DNA of 42,224 nt from NCBI GenBank assembly GCA_964448115.1, contig CAYUVA010000042.1:1-42224 (forward strand). Reading direction: 5' to 3'. Below the pieces are notes generated by a model. It searched no databases. It was given only the letters and a program-made list of their open reading frames with translations, and had not been told where the DNA came from. The DNA is from an uncultured bacterium. Lineage in GTDB: Bacteria; CAYUVA01. This document shows positions 9,893 through 18,556 of this stretch, piece after piece. The translations under genes and the position numbers were made by a program. The first letter of the stretch is position 1; each line of letters opens with the position of its first letter.

Positions 9893-11191
9893 ATGATTCC
9901 AAGATACACAGATCCCAGGCTTGGAGAGATCTTCAGCGACCACTCCAAGTTCTCCAAGTGGCTTGAGATCGAGATCCTTGCCTGCGAGGCGCAAGCACAG
10001 CTTGGGTTGATCCCTCAAGAAGCTGCCAGGCGCATCAGGGAAAAGGCGAGTTTCGATATCGAGCGCATCGAGGAGATCGAGCAGGTTACTCGCCATGATG
10101 TGGTCGCATTTACGACTGCGGTAGCTGATTACATCGGAGAGGATTCGCGATACTTTCATCGCGGGCTGACTTCATCGGATCTGCTCGACACGACCCTTGC
10201 CTTGCAGATGCGAGAGGCGGGAATGATCCTGCTCCAAGACCTCGACAGCCTGGCAAGGCTAGTGGGGCAAAGAGCGGTGCAGTATAAGGATACTCCGATC
10301 ATTGGTAGGACGCACGGGGTTCATGCAGAGCCGACCTCATTGGGGCTGAAGTTCGCCTTGTGGTACGATGAGCTTACTCGACACCGCAGGCGACTGGAGT
10401 CAGCCGTCGAGGAGATCAGTTATGGAAAGCTCTCCGGCGCGGTGGGGACCTATGCATACCTTGCTCCGGAGGTCGAGCAGTATGTGATGGATCATCTCGA
10501 CCTGAAACCTGCTCCCATCTCGAACCAGGTCATTCAGCGGGATCGCCATGCTGTTTATCTAAGCGCTCTTGCACTGGTCGGTTGCTCGCTGGAGCAGTTC
10601 GCCACCGAGATTAGGGCGCTTCAGAAGACCGAGGTTTCCGAGGTCATGGAGGGCTTCAGCAAGGGACAGAAAGGGTCATCAGCCATGCCGCACAAGAAGA
10701 ACCCGATAACCTGCGAGCGCATAGCCGGCATGGCACGGCTGCTTAGGGGCAATGCGCTGGCTGCTATGGAGAATGTAGCCCTATGGCACGAGCGCGATAT
10801 AAGCCACTCCTCGGTGGAGCGAGTTATCATACCCGATAGCTGCATCATCCTCCATTACATGCTTCAGACCTTTGAGGATATCATCAAAAACCTGGTAGTC
10901 GATGAGGAGCGAATGCTGCGCAACATAGGCATCACCAAGGGGAGCATTTTCAGCCAGGGGGTGCTGATCGCCCTGGTCGATAAGGGCTTGAGCCGCGAGC
11001 AAGCCTATCGAATGGTGCAGGAAACATCCTTCAGGGCAAATCGACAAGATAGGGAGTTCAAGGATGTTCTGATGGAGGATAAGGAGATCTCCAAGTACCT
11101 TGCAGCCGATGAGATTGCACAGATCTTCTCCCTGCCTCATCATCTGGCTTATGCAGATCAAATCTTGCATCGTCTGGGACTTTTAGACTAG
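9893..11191 (+). CDS. purB: Adenylosuccinate lyase
   Basis: MIPRY, HDVVAF, GLTSSD, GRTHGVHAEP, GSSAMPHKKNP, LWHERDISHSSVER. Confidence 0.98.
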   Translation: MIPRYTDPRLGEIFSDHSKFSKWLEIEILACEAQAQLGLIPQEAARRIREKASFDIERIEEIEQVTRHDVVAFTTAVADYIGEDSRYFHRGLTSSDLLDTTLALQMREAGMILLQDLDSLARLVGQRAVQYKDTPIIGRTHGVHAEPTSLGLKFALWYDELTRHRRRLESAVEEISYGKLSGAVGTYAYLAPEVEQYVMDHLDLKPAPISNQVIQRDRHAVYLSALALVGCSLEQFATEIRALQKTEVSEVMEGFSKGQKGSSAMPHKKNPITCERIAGMARLLRGNALAAMENVALWHERDISHSSVERVIIPDSCIILHYMLQTFEDIIKNLVVDEERMLRNIGITKGSIFSQGVLIALVDKGLSREQAYRMVQETSFRANRQDREFKDVLMEDKEISKYLAADEIAQIFSLPHHLAYADQILHRLGLLD

Positions 11192-11295
11192 ACTTTAGGT
11201 AGCAATCAAGGTGATTATGAAAACAAGCGACCGGCTGATCTTTTCTTTTCAACGAAGATATAATACATCCATTGTCAAGGCGGAAGGTGTCCCCA

Positions 11296-12705
11296 ATGGA
11301 TGATAAGTTCCATGATCGATGCGGAATCTTCGGAATCTTTAATCATCGCGATGCGGTGAAACTGACCCGCTATGGCTTGTTTGCTTTGCAGCATCGTGGC
11401 CAGGAGAGCGCGGGTATCGTATCCTCGAACGGCACCAAGCTCTTCCAGGCGATCCACATGGGGCTTGTTTCTGAAGCGCTAAGCGATGAGCATCTCAAAG
11501 GGCTTCAAGGCTCCTCAGCCATCGGGCATGTGCGCTACTCGACTTCGGGAATAAGCAGCATAAAGGAAGCGCAGCCCATCATGGTCAAGTGCAGCAAGGG
11601 GAGGATAGGTATTGCTCACAACGGCAATATTCGAAACTACAAGGAAATCAAGGATATGCTTTGGAAGGCTGGCTCCATTTTCACCTCCACCGCCGACAGC
11701 GAGATCATACTTCACCTGATGGCTCGCTCAAGAAGGCAAAACCTGATCGAGGCGCTTGTCGATTCACTGATAAACCTTCAGGGCGCGTATTCATTGGTGA
11801 TCCTTACGCCAAGACGACTGATCGGTGTTAGGGATCCTTGGGGTGTAAGACCTTTATCTCTGGGGATCTTAGATAACAGTTATGTTCTTTCCTCCGAGAC
11901 GGATGCTTTCGATCTCATCGGTGCTAAATTCGAAAGAGACATCGAGCCGGGTGAGATCGTCAGTATCGGCTACAAGGGGATCGAGTCGTTCTATCCATTT
12001 CGCGATGTTAAGCCGGCGCAATGCATCTTCGAGCTGATCTATTTCGCCCGTCCGGACAGCACCATCTTCGGAAGAAATGTGCATAATACAAGGATGGAGT
12101 TCGGCAAGCGACTGGCGATCGAATATCCCACTGAGCAGGCTGATATTGTTGTCCCGGTGCCAGATTCGGGAATGAGCGCTGCCTTGGGATATGCGATCCA
12201 GAGCAAGAAGCCCTTCGAACTGGCTATAGTACGCAATCACTATGTTGGAAGAACATTTATTTCACCAGAGGAGGTAGTAAGACACCTGAAGGTCAAGCAG
12301 AAGCTCAACCCGATAAAGGATATCTTGAAGGGAAAATCGATTGTTCTTGTCGATGACTCGATAGTGCGCGGCAATACATCGCGGATACTGGTGGATCACC
12401 TGCGCCAGGCAGGCGCCAAGGAGATCCACTTCAGAATCAGCTCACCCCCTATCGTTAGCCCTTGTTATTACGGTATTGATACACCTACCGAGGAGGAATT
12501 GCTCGCCTCATATAGAAGCGTAAAGGAAATTAAAGAATACCTGAATGTAGATTCATTAGGATACCTGAGCCTGGAGGGGATGCTCAAGACGGTAGGGAGC
12601 AATCCAAAAGGCGAATTCTGCACCGGTTGCTTCGATAAACTCTATCGTGTAGAAAAAGCCAGAGAAAAAAAGATAAATATACTCGATGCCAGCGAAATAG
12701 AATGA
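11296..12705 (+). CDS. purF: Amidophosphoribosyltransferase (propeptide and 4Fe-4S type)
   Basis: MDDKFHDR|CGIFG, LQHRGQESAG, GHVRYST, CIFELIYFARPDS, VDDSIVRG, PCYYGID, FCTGCF. ATG 11296 follows AAGGTG. Confidence 0.97.
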   Translation: MDDKFHDRCGIFGIFNHRDAVKLTRYGLFALQHRGQESAGIVSSNGTKLFQAIHMGLVSEALSDEHLKGLQGSSAIGHVRYSTSGISSIKEAQPIMVKCSKGRIGIAHNGNIRNYKEIKDMLWKAGSIFTSTADSEIILHLMARSRRQNLIEALVDSLINLQGAYSLVILTPRRLIGVRDPWGVRPLSLGILDNSYVLSSETDAFDLIGAKFERDIEPGEIVSIGYKGIESFYPFRDVKPAQCIFELIYFARPDSTIFGRNVHNTRMEFGKRLAIEYPTEQADIVVPVPDSGMSAALGYAIQSKKPFELAIVRNHYVGRTFISPEEVVRHLKVKQKLNPIKDILKGKSIVLVDDSIVRGNTSRILVDHLRQAGAKEIHFRISSPPIVSPCYYGIDTPTEEELLASYRSVKEIKEYLNVDSLGYLSLEGMLKTVGSNPKGEFCTGCFDKLYRVEKAREKKINILDASEIE

Positions 12706-12716
12706 AAGGAAAGGAT

Positions 12717-13196
12717 ATGGAGATACCAGCCTTGAAGATACTTCGCCAGAAGTTGAAACTGGTGGAACATGAGCTTAATGTGGAGATCCCTAAGGAATTG
12801 AACAAGGCAGCGGCTTATGGAGACCTGACCGATTCTGCCGAGTACGAGATGACCAAGCATCGCCGGGATATACTCCAAAGACAGGCTGCCGATCTTATGC
12901 AACGCATAGAGGCGCTCTCCAAGATAGACCTGAGAAAGCAGCCAAGCGATCGCGTTGGTTTATATAGCAGGGTTACCATCTACGACATGGACAAGGATGA
13001 GGAAAGGATTTATGAAATCGCCACTGCAGAGGAAGCCTCCTCGAAGGATAATATAATCTCCTATACATCGGTAATAGGTCGTGCATTGATGGGCAAACAA
13101 GTGGAGGAAGAGGTCAACTTCGAGCTGCCCAGCGGCGAGTGCAACTGGGTTATCATCAAGCTGGAGACCGTGCATGACCGCAAGGATGAGCTGTAG
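12717..13196 (+). CDS. GreA/GreB family transcription elongation factor
   Basis: AAAYGDLTDSAEY (cf. GDLSENAEY); IS..S.IGRALMGK...V....PSG C-terminal domain. Confidence 0.88.
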   Translation: MEIPALKILRQKLKLVEHELNVEIPKELNKAAAYGDLTDSAEYEMTKHRRDILQRQAADLMQRIEALSKIDLRKQPSDRVGLYSRVTIYDMDKDEERIYEIATAEEASSKDNIISYTSVIGRALMGKQVEEEVNFELPSGECNWVIIKLETVHDRKDEL

Positions 13197-13214
13197 GAGA
13201 GAAGCTAGTTTACA

Positions 13215-13976
13215 ATGGATGATAACAAGGAAAAGGAGCAAGGGGAGGCTACTAAGGATTATATAAAGGAAGCCATAGACTATTTCATTGCCAAACGGGG
13301 GTCTTCGCTCGCCGTCTCCGCAAAGGACTGGGCGCTTCTTGATTTATGGGAACGAGCAAGGGTGCCCCTTGAGATAATCAAGCAGGGAATAGATCGCCTA
13401 ATAGAGCAACGAACCAGACTCCCCATGCAAAAATCTTCTGATGTCCACTCCATCTCCCAGGGTGAAAGGATCATCTGGGAGCTTTGGATGGAGCATAAAC
13501 TGAAATGTAAAGTGAAAAAAGAGACGCTCATTCAACAACAGGTGGATAATAAAAGCGCCTGGGATATCGTATTCGAGAACTTTGAGTCGATCGAGAAGCG
13601 ATGGCTTGAGGCGGTAAAAAAGAATCGTCGTTTATTCGAGAATAAAGGCTTCGATGCCTTTATCGAGGGATTGGAGGCTAGATTTACTAGGCTGCACGAT
13701 CAACTATCGACCCAGAAGATCGCACAATACCATCAGATAGACAGCGCCCTGAGAGAGATCGACAATTTCATCTTTGATTATGTCAAAACCAACCTCCCAT
13801 CCAAGGTGAGGGAGAATCTCAAGATCGATGCTGCGGTCGAGCTTAAGAGATCGAACCTTGAATTCAGCAGCCAAGATGCCTATGAAATAGCCCTGAAGGC
13901 AGCCTATCAGCAGAAGATAAGGGATCTGCTGGAGATTGAAAAACTATCCTTAGCCAATATAATTCAGCCAGGTTGA
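13215..13976 (+). CDS. Hypothetical protein with DnaD/DnaB_C-like N-terminal region; probable partner of the downstream ATPase
   Basis: RBS AGGAG; F...RG....S.KDWALLDLW....VPLEIIKQGID resembles the DnaD-like pattern; 4 nt gap to the DnaC-like gene. Confidence 0.55.
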   Translation: MDDNKEKEQGEATKDYIKEAIDYFIAKRGSSLAVSAKDWALLDLWERARVPLEIIKQGIDRLIEQRTRLPMQKSSDVHSISQGERIIWELWMEHKLKCKVKKETLIQQQVDNKSAWDIVFENFESIEKRWLEAVKKNRRLFENKGFDAFIEGLEARFTRLHDQLSTQKIAQYHQIDSALREIDNFIFDYVKTNLPSKVRENLKIDAAVELKRSNLEFSSQDAYEIALKAAYQQKIRDLLEIEKLSLANIIQPG

Positions 13977-13980
13977 TGAG

Positions 13981-14754
13981 ATGAGCAGTATGGATGAGAC
14001 ATGTCCGATATGCGGTGGAGTGGGATATAGGCTCAAGGATTCAAAGCGATCTACCGTGATGATCCCCTGCGAATGCCAGCATCTTCAGTATATCCGCTAC
14101 CTCCATGAGAGCGCTAATATTCCACCAAAGTATCGCGAGTGCAACTTCTCCACCTTCAAAAAAGAAGACCGCCATCCGAGCCAGTTGGCTTGCCTAGACA
14201 AGGTTTTCCATTACTTCACCAACTTCGCGGTCAAAAAAAAGGGTCTGCTGCTTATGGGTCCCTGCGGGGTTGGCAAGACGCACCTTGCGGTATCATTGAT
14301 CCACGCATTGATAGCTGAGGATGGCGTGCAGTGTCTTTTCGTCGATTTTCGAAGGCTGCTGCAGAATATCAGGAACTCCTATGACCACGAGTCGCAGGTA
14401 ACCGAGGAAGACATCATGGAGCCGATCTTCAATGCTCAGGTGCTGCTGTTAGATGAGCTGGGAGCTGAAAAGGTTACTGGATTCGTAAGAGAGAAGATTC
14501 ATGCCATTATCGACTATCGTTACTGCCACGAGAAAAAGACCATCATAACAACCAACTACATGGATGATCTCTCTAAAGTCAAGTCTCTCTCCATATCCTT
14601 GACCGCTGATGAGCTTAAGATATACGAGCAGTTTTTCAAGGATGACGAGACGCTCGAAGACAGGATCGGGCCAAGGATACGCTCCCGCCTTTATGAGATG
14701 TGCGAGAACCTGGTCATGATGGGTAACGATTACAGGCGATTGCGAAAAAAATAG
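13981..14754 (+). CDS. DnaC/DnaI/IstB-family AAA+ ATPase with N-terminal Zn ribbon (probable helicase loader)
   Basis: CPICGG...PCEC; Walker A GPCGVGKTHLA; Walker B LLLDELGAE; TIITTN; RIRSRLYEM; GNDYR. Confidence 0.88.
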   Translation: MSSMDETCPICGGVGYRLKDSKRSTVMIPCECQHLQYIRYLHESANIPPKYRECNFSTFKKEDRHPSQLACLDKVFHYFTNFAVKKKGLLLMGPCGVGKTHLAVSLIHALIAEDGVQCLFVDFRRLLQNIRNSYDHESQVTEEDIMEPIFNAQVLLLDELGAEKVTGFVREKIHAIIDYRYCHEKKTIITTNYMDDLSKVKSLSISLTADELKIYEQFFKDDETLEDRIGPRIRSRLYEMCENLVMMGNDYRRLRKK

Positions 14755-14775
14755 CAGCCATCATCGGCAAATAGC

Positions 14776-15204
14776 CTATTCCCTTCTTATCGTAAAGTAG
14801 CCGGTGAACTTTTCATCATCCAGATCCTGGTAGAATCCCTCCAGCTTGTCGCTGGACTCATAGTAGGCAGCATCAAGCTCGCCGTGGATATAGTTGCCCT
14901 GATTACCGCACTTGTTCAGCGTCGCCTGGAAGTGGTCCCTCTCCAGGGTATATTTTCCGCAGCCATAATGAGTGGGCGACATGGCGAAGTTCATCTCGAT
15001 ATGTCCATCATCGGTCATAATAGCAACCACGTTGTAGCGATACACGGTGGGATCTCCCTGCCAACTGAGGTCTATGGTTCCAATCCAATTGCCCCCCAAT
15101 CCGTAGTTCGCGTGGCTGCTCCCCTTCCAGTCGCAAGCGCTGATAAACGCTGTCATGACCAAGATCATGCTATATACGATAAGTTGTCTTCTCATTGTTT
15201 TCAT
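14776..15204 (-). CDS. Hypothetical lipoprotein
   Basis: Basic N-terminus, hydrophobic stretch and lipobox ISA|C; beta-rich mature part. Confidence 0.7.
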   Translation of the reverse strand: MKTMRRQLIVYSMILVMTAFISACDWKGSSHANYGLGGNWIGTIDLSWQGDPTVYRYNVVAIMTDDGHIEMNFAMSPTHYGCGKYTLERDHFQATLNKCGNQGNYIHGELDAAYYESSDKLEGFYQDLDDEKFTGYFTIRRE

Positions 15205-15343
15205 CCTTTATTAACAGTCATTTTCTAAACCCATTTGTTTAGATCATATCATCTTTCTCATACTGGATCATTTCCCTTGGGGTGTCAGTCAGTAGCTTTT
15301 GGAAATAATCACCATCCGCTCATTCCGACCAGGTATAGTGCAA

Positions 15344-17815
15344 CTATTCGACTGTGATGTAGGGCCAGATCTGGCTGTGGTTGCGCTCGAAGTCAACCGC
15401 CTCCAGCTCCAGCAAGTACTCACCTTCCCTGCCGATTACATCCACCGGGTAAAGGTCTATCTGCATAGCATAAACTCCATCACCAGGAGCAAAGTCCCCT
15501 GATGCGCCGTTATCCATTAGGTAAATGGTTGTGGGCATGCCACTGACCAGCACGCGGACATAGATGATGTTATCCAAGCCCTGGGGGTCGTACAGAACTG
15601 CCATCAGGGTCATCTTGCTTATCTGATCGGGAAGGATATTGGTATCATAATATCCGGCAGCCAGTATAACCGGAGCGTCCGGGTTGCCCCGCATTGTGCC
15701 ATCGGATGCCTTGGTATGTTCTAACTCCCAGGAGAGGTTGTATGGCATATAAGCATCAGTGCCAAAGCCGTGGATTGTCAGATATGGCCACCTATCCCCG
15801 AGTTGCCCCAGTTCATTCTTAGCCTGAAGAGTTAGCAGGTATCGCCCGGGGGACACCTCGCCAGGAGCTATGCTTAAGCCTTGCAACCAGAATAATCCTA
15901 GATCGAGATCATATACCGGCAAAAAGCTGATCTCCGAGACCTTGACCCCACTGGGATCGGTCGCCCATGCGATGATATCGAGGGTTCCACCAGCGCTTGA
16001 GCTGATGCTGCTGGTCATATAGCCGGCAAGGTTGATTATAGGACGGCTGCGCGGGGTGGCAGTCGGCGTTGAGGTTGGCGTCGGCGTCGGTATCTGATCC
16101 ACATAATGGATTATAGTCCCGTTTTGTCCTACCGCCCAAACATGGTGCCTTGAGAGCGCACTTACTCCGTTGAGCTGATAGTTGGTGCCCGAAGCTAGCT
16201 TGTTCCACTTGGCGCCATCGTAGTATAGCCGTGCGCCCCTCTCTCCGACCGCATAAGCGCTGCTTCCATCCAGCGCCCAAATATCCATCAGATTGTCTAT
16301 AGTGCCGCTCGTGGTTGCAGTCCAGACATCGCCATTGTACCTGATAGCCATCCCGCCATCTCCAACTGCATAAGCGCTATCGGCAGTAGGGCAGCTTATT
16401 CCGTGGAGATCGCTGCTGGTGGGGCTGGCGAAGATTATCCACTGCCCCATGGACCCTTTTAGGATTGCCCCATTTTGCCCGACAGCCCAGGCATTGTTCA
16501 TCCCCTGTCCGTTGACATCGTTGAGGTTGACCCCTATTGGGCTACTCTCCTTTGTCCAATAGCCTCCCGACCACCTCAGGATGGTGCCGTCATTGCCCAC
16601 CACATAAGCGCTTTGATTGGAGGGCATTACCGCGCCGTTAAGATTATTGGTTACCCCGGCATCCTCGAAGCACCATCCGGAGCCCTGGTTAAACAAGATA
16701 GTGCCCTGTTCGCCCGAGATTATCGCCTGGGTCTTCGAGTATGCGTGAACATCGACCAAATCTGCCAGCACGCCTGAGGGCTGCTTGCTCCAGGAGACGC
16801 CGTCATAATGCAGAATGAGACCCTTGTCCCCCACCGCCCAGACATCGCTATTGCTTAATGCGTAAACGCCAAGCAGGTCATCCCTGAATCCGCTGCTTTC
16901 TTCCTGCCAGGTTCCGCCTTGATTAGCCAAGATAAGCCCCTTGGCGCCTACAGCATGGTAACCGCCCTGCTCATCGATGGTCATGCCGGTTACATCGAGG
17001 TTATGCGGCGCCACCGCCGATGCCCAGCCAATGCCATCGAAGTGCTGCAATACACCACCTTGTCCCCCAGCCCACACATCGCTAGAGGATGTCGCGCAGA
17101 TACTCATCAGCCGGTTATTGGTCTCGGTCTGCAGAGCCGTCCACTGGTTTGCCGAGTAATATATAACCTTACCAGAATCACCAGCTCCCAGGAGACTGCT
17201 GCCATAAGCCCATAATGCGTTGATATCTACACCGCTTTGGCTGTCAAGCATAGTCCAGCTTCCCTGGCTATAATGAAGCAGTATGCCGCCCTGCCCCGCT
17301 GCCCAGATATCGCTTATTCCAAGGGCGGCGAGATCGCTCAAATCGCCCGTGTAACCGGTATCGATAGTCGAGAAGTTCAAGCCGTTGTAATGAACCAGGG
17401 TGCCCTGTTCTCCGCAAGCATAGACATGAGCATTGTTGAATGCGATAACGCCGTATAGATCGTTGGTTATGCTGGTCGGTACGATCTCCCAGGCTATGCC
17501 ATTGTAGTTGAGCACCAATCCCTTCTCGCCAACCACCCAGATGTCATCGGCACCAGAAGCATCGATATCATACAGTACTTCCTTTACTCCGCTTTGATGG
17601 ATCTTCCATTGTTCACCATCATAGTGGAGCACGGTACCGTAGTCGCCGCATGCCCAGATATCGCTTGAGCTAACCGCGTGGATATCATGCAGATGATGCC
17701 CCTGGGGGAGAGGATTCTGCCAGGTAACCACCACGGCAAGAGCTTGTGAATACAGAAATATAACTATCAGGATGATGAAAACAGAAAACGATTTGAGATT
17801 AGGATATCCATGCAT
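15344..17815 (-). CDS. Secreted double beta-propeller protein (14 YCF48-like repeats), Pro/Thr linker and two copies of a C-terminal AGY...WP module
   Basis: Signal peptide ending SQALA; 14 repeats of about 40 aa (WAVGxxGxILHYDGxxW); PTPTPTSTPTATP linker; RPIINLAGYM...WPYLTI and APVILAAGYY...WPYITVE. Confidence 0.88.
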   Translation of the reverse strand: MHGYPNLKSFSVFIILIVIFLYSQALAVVVTWQNPLPQGHHLHDIHAVSSSDIWACGDYGTVLHYDGEQWKIHQSGVKEVLYDIDASGADDIWVVGEKGLVLNYNGIAWEIVPTSITNDLYGVIAFNNAHVYACGEQGTLVHYNGLNFSTIDTGYTGDLSDLAALGISDIWAAGQGGILLHYSQGSWTMLDSQSGVDINALWAYGSSLLGAGDSGKVIYYSANQWTALQTETNNRLMSICATSSSDVWAGGQGGVLQHFDGIGWASAVAPHNLDVTGMTIDEQGGYHAVGAKGLILANQGGTWQEESSGFRDDLLGVYALSNSDVWAVGDKGLILHYDGVSWSKQPSGVLADLVDVHAYSKTQAIISGEQGTILFNQGSGWCFEDAGVTNNLNGAVMPSNQSAYVVGNDGTILRWSGGYWTKESSPIGVNLNDVNGQGMNNAWAVGQNGAILKGSMGQWIIFASPTSSDLHGISCPTADSAYAVGDGGMAIRYNGDVWTATTSGTIDNLMDIWALDGSSAYAVGERGARLYYDGAKWNKLASGTNYQLNGVSALSRHHVWAVGQNGTIIHYVDQIPTPTPTSTPTATPRSRPIINLAGYMTSSISSSAGGTLDIIAWATDPSGVKVSEISFLPVYDLDLGLFWLQGLSIAPGEVSPGRYLLTLQAKNELGQLGDRWPYLTIHGFGTDAYMPYNLSWELEHTKASDGTMRGNPDAPVILAAGYYDTNILPDQISKMTLMAVLYDPQGLDNIIYVRVLVSGMPTTIYLMDNGASGDFAPGDGVYAMQIDLYPVDVIGREGEYLLELEAVDFERNHSQIWPYITVE

Positions 17816-17826
17816 AACATCAATTG

Positions 17827-17855
17827 ATTATATTGACGGTTACCCTTTATGGCAA
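17827..17855 (-). promoter_or_regulatory. sigma70-type promoter of the beta-propeller gene
   Basis: Minus strand TTGCCA-17 nt-TATAAT, ending 11 nt before the ATG at 17815. Confidence 0.65.
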
Positions 17856-17933
17856 ATGATATTTCCTTGAGGGCAGCTCGATCTTACCGATTCTTTGCAA
17901 ACCTCGATGCACTATCGGAAGCAAAGGAAGGAG

Positions 17934-17961
17934 AAGCCCCTGCGGTGTCTCGCAGGGGCTT
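17934..17961 (-). terminator. Intrinsic terminator of the tRNA operon
   Basis: 11-bp perfect stem AAGCCCCTGCG/CGCAGGGGCTT, followed on the minus strand by pyrimidine-rich ctccttcctttg. Confidence 0.7.
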
Positions 17962-17995
17962 GAAAGGAGAGAGGAGAGAGATTTGGAGGATGGAA

Positions 17996-18070
17996 CGGAG
18001 CCGACGAGGATCGAACTCGCGACCTCCGGCGTGACAGGCCGGCGTTCTAACCTAGCTGAACTACGGCTCC
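17996..18070 (-). tRNA. tRNA-Asp (GTC), CCA not encoded
   Basis: GGAGCCG TAGTTCAGCTAGGTTAGAACG CCGGC CT-GTC-AC GCCGG AGGTC GCGAG TTCGATC CTCGT CGGCTCC G; full cloverleaf. Confidence 0.97.
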
Positions 18071-18158
18071 ATAGCATTGCATTTCAAAGAGGCGCCTATG
18101 ATTTCATCTGAACAACCAGGGGATCATCTCCCCCCGTTGTCCATCCCTGTCGCCATAA

Positions 18159-18231
18159 TGGGCGGAACAGGGCTTGAACCTGCGACCTCCGGCTTGTAAG
18201 GCCGATGCTCTCCCAACTGAGCTATCCGCCC
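18159..18231 (-). tRNA. tRNA-Val (TAC), CCA not encoded
   Basis: GGGCGGA TAGCTCAGTTGGGAGAGCA TCGGC CT-TAC-AA GCCGG AGGTC GCAGG TTCAAGC CCTGT TCCGCCC A. Confidence 0.97.
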
Positions 18232-18243
18232 AAGCAAGTATAT

Positions 18244-18272
18244 AATATAATATCTTTCAGATCGCTTGTCAA
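18244..18272 (-). promoter_or_regulatory. sigma70 promoter of the tRNA-Val/tRNA-Asp operon
   Basis: Minus strand TTGACA-17 nt-TATATT, ending 12 nt before tRNA-Val. Confidence 0.75.
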
Positions 18273-18351
18273 TAGCAAACCGAACCAGGCAGTTTTGAAG
18301 GTTTATTCATCTTTTCCAACCGATCCTTCAGATTAAGGTCAGCTATTTTCA

Positions 18352-18397
18352 AGCCGGCGGGGGGAGTTGAACCCCCGACCTACTGGCTACGAATCGG
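18352..18397 (-). pseudogene. 3' half of a tRNA-Thr(CGT)-like gene (tRNA fragment or att scar)
   Basis: Minus strand CCGATT-CGT-AGCCAGT AGGTC GGGGG TTCAACT CCCCC CGCCGGC T: intact T-arm and 3' acceptor strand, mispaired anticodon stem, no recognisable D-arm. Confidence 0.75.
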
Positions 18398-18556
18398 ATT
18401 CACGCTAGTATGGATTGGCAACTGGCACGGCATTAGGCAAGTTGCGTAATGTGTGCAAGAATCGATATGCAAAACTAGATCACCGGTGATCCAGTTGTTC
18501 AGATAAGAATTCATGTCGCCACTTCGTGGCTAACAGACTTCGATTCCCGTCTTTAC

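Noticed and set aside
13981-14754. IS21 IstB or prophage replication gene
   Set aside because: No istA/DDE transposase, terminal repeats, integrase or phage genes; it sits in a housekeeping operon.
17847-18077. ORFs 17847..18077 (-) and 17849..18034 (+)
   Set aside because: They overlap tRNA-Asp and its terminator.
17996-18231. tRNAs lacking encoded CCA
   Set aside because: Common; CCA is added enzymatically.
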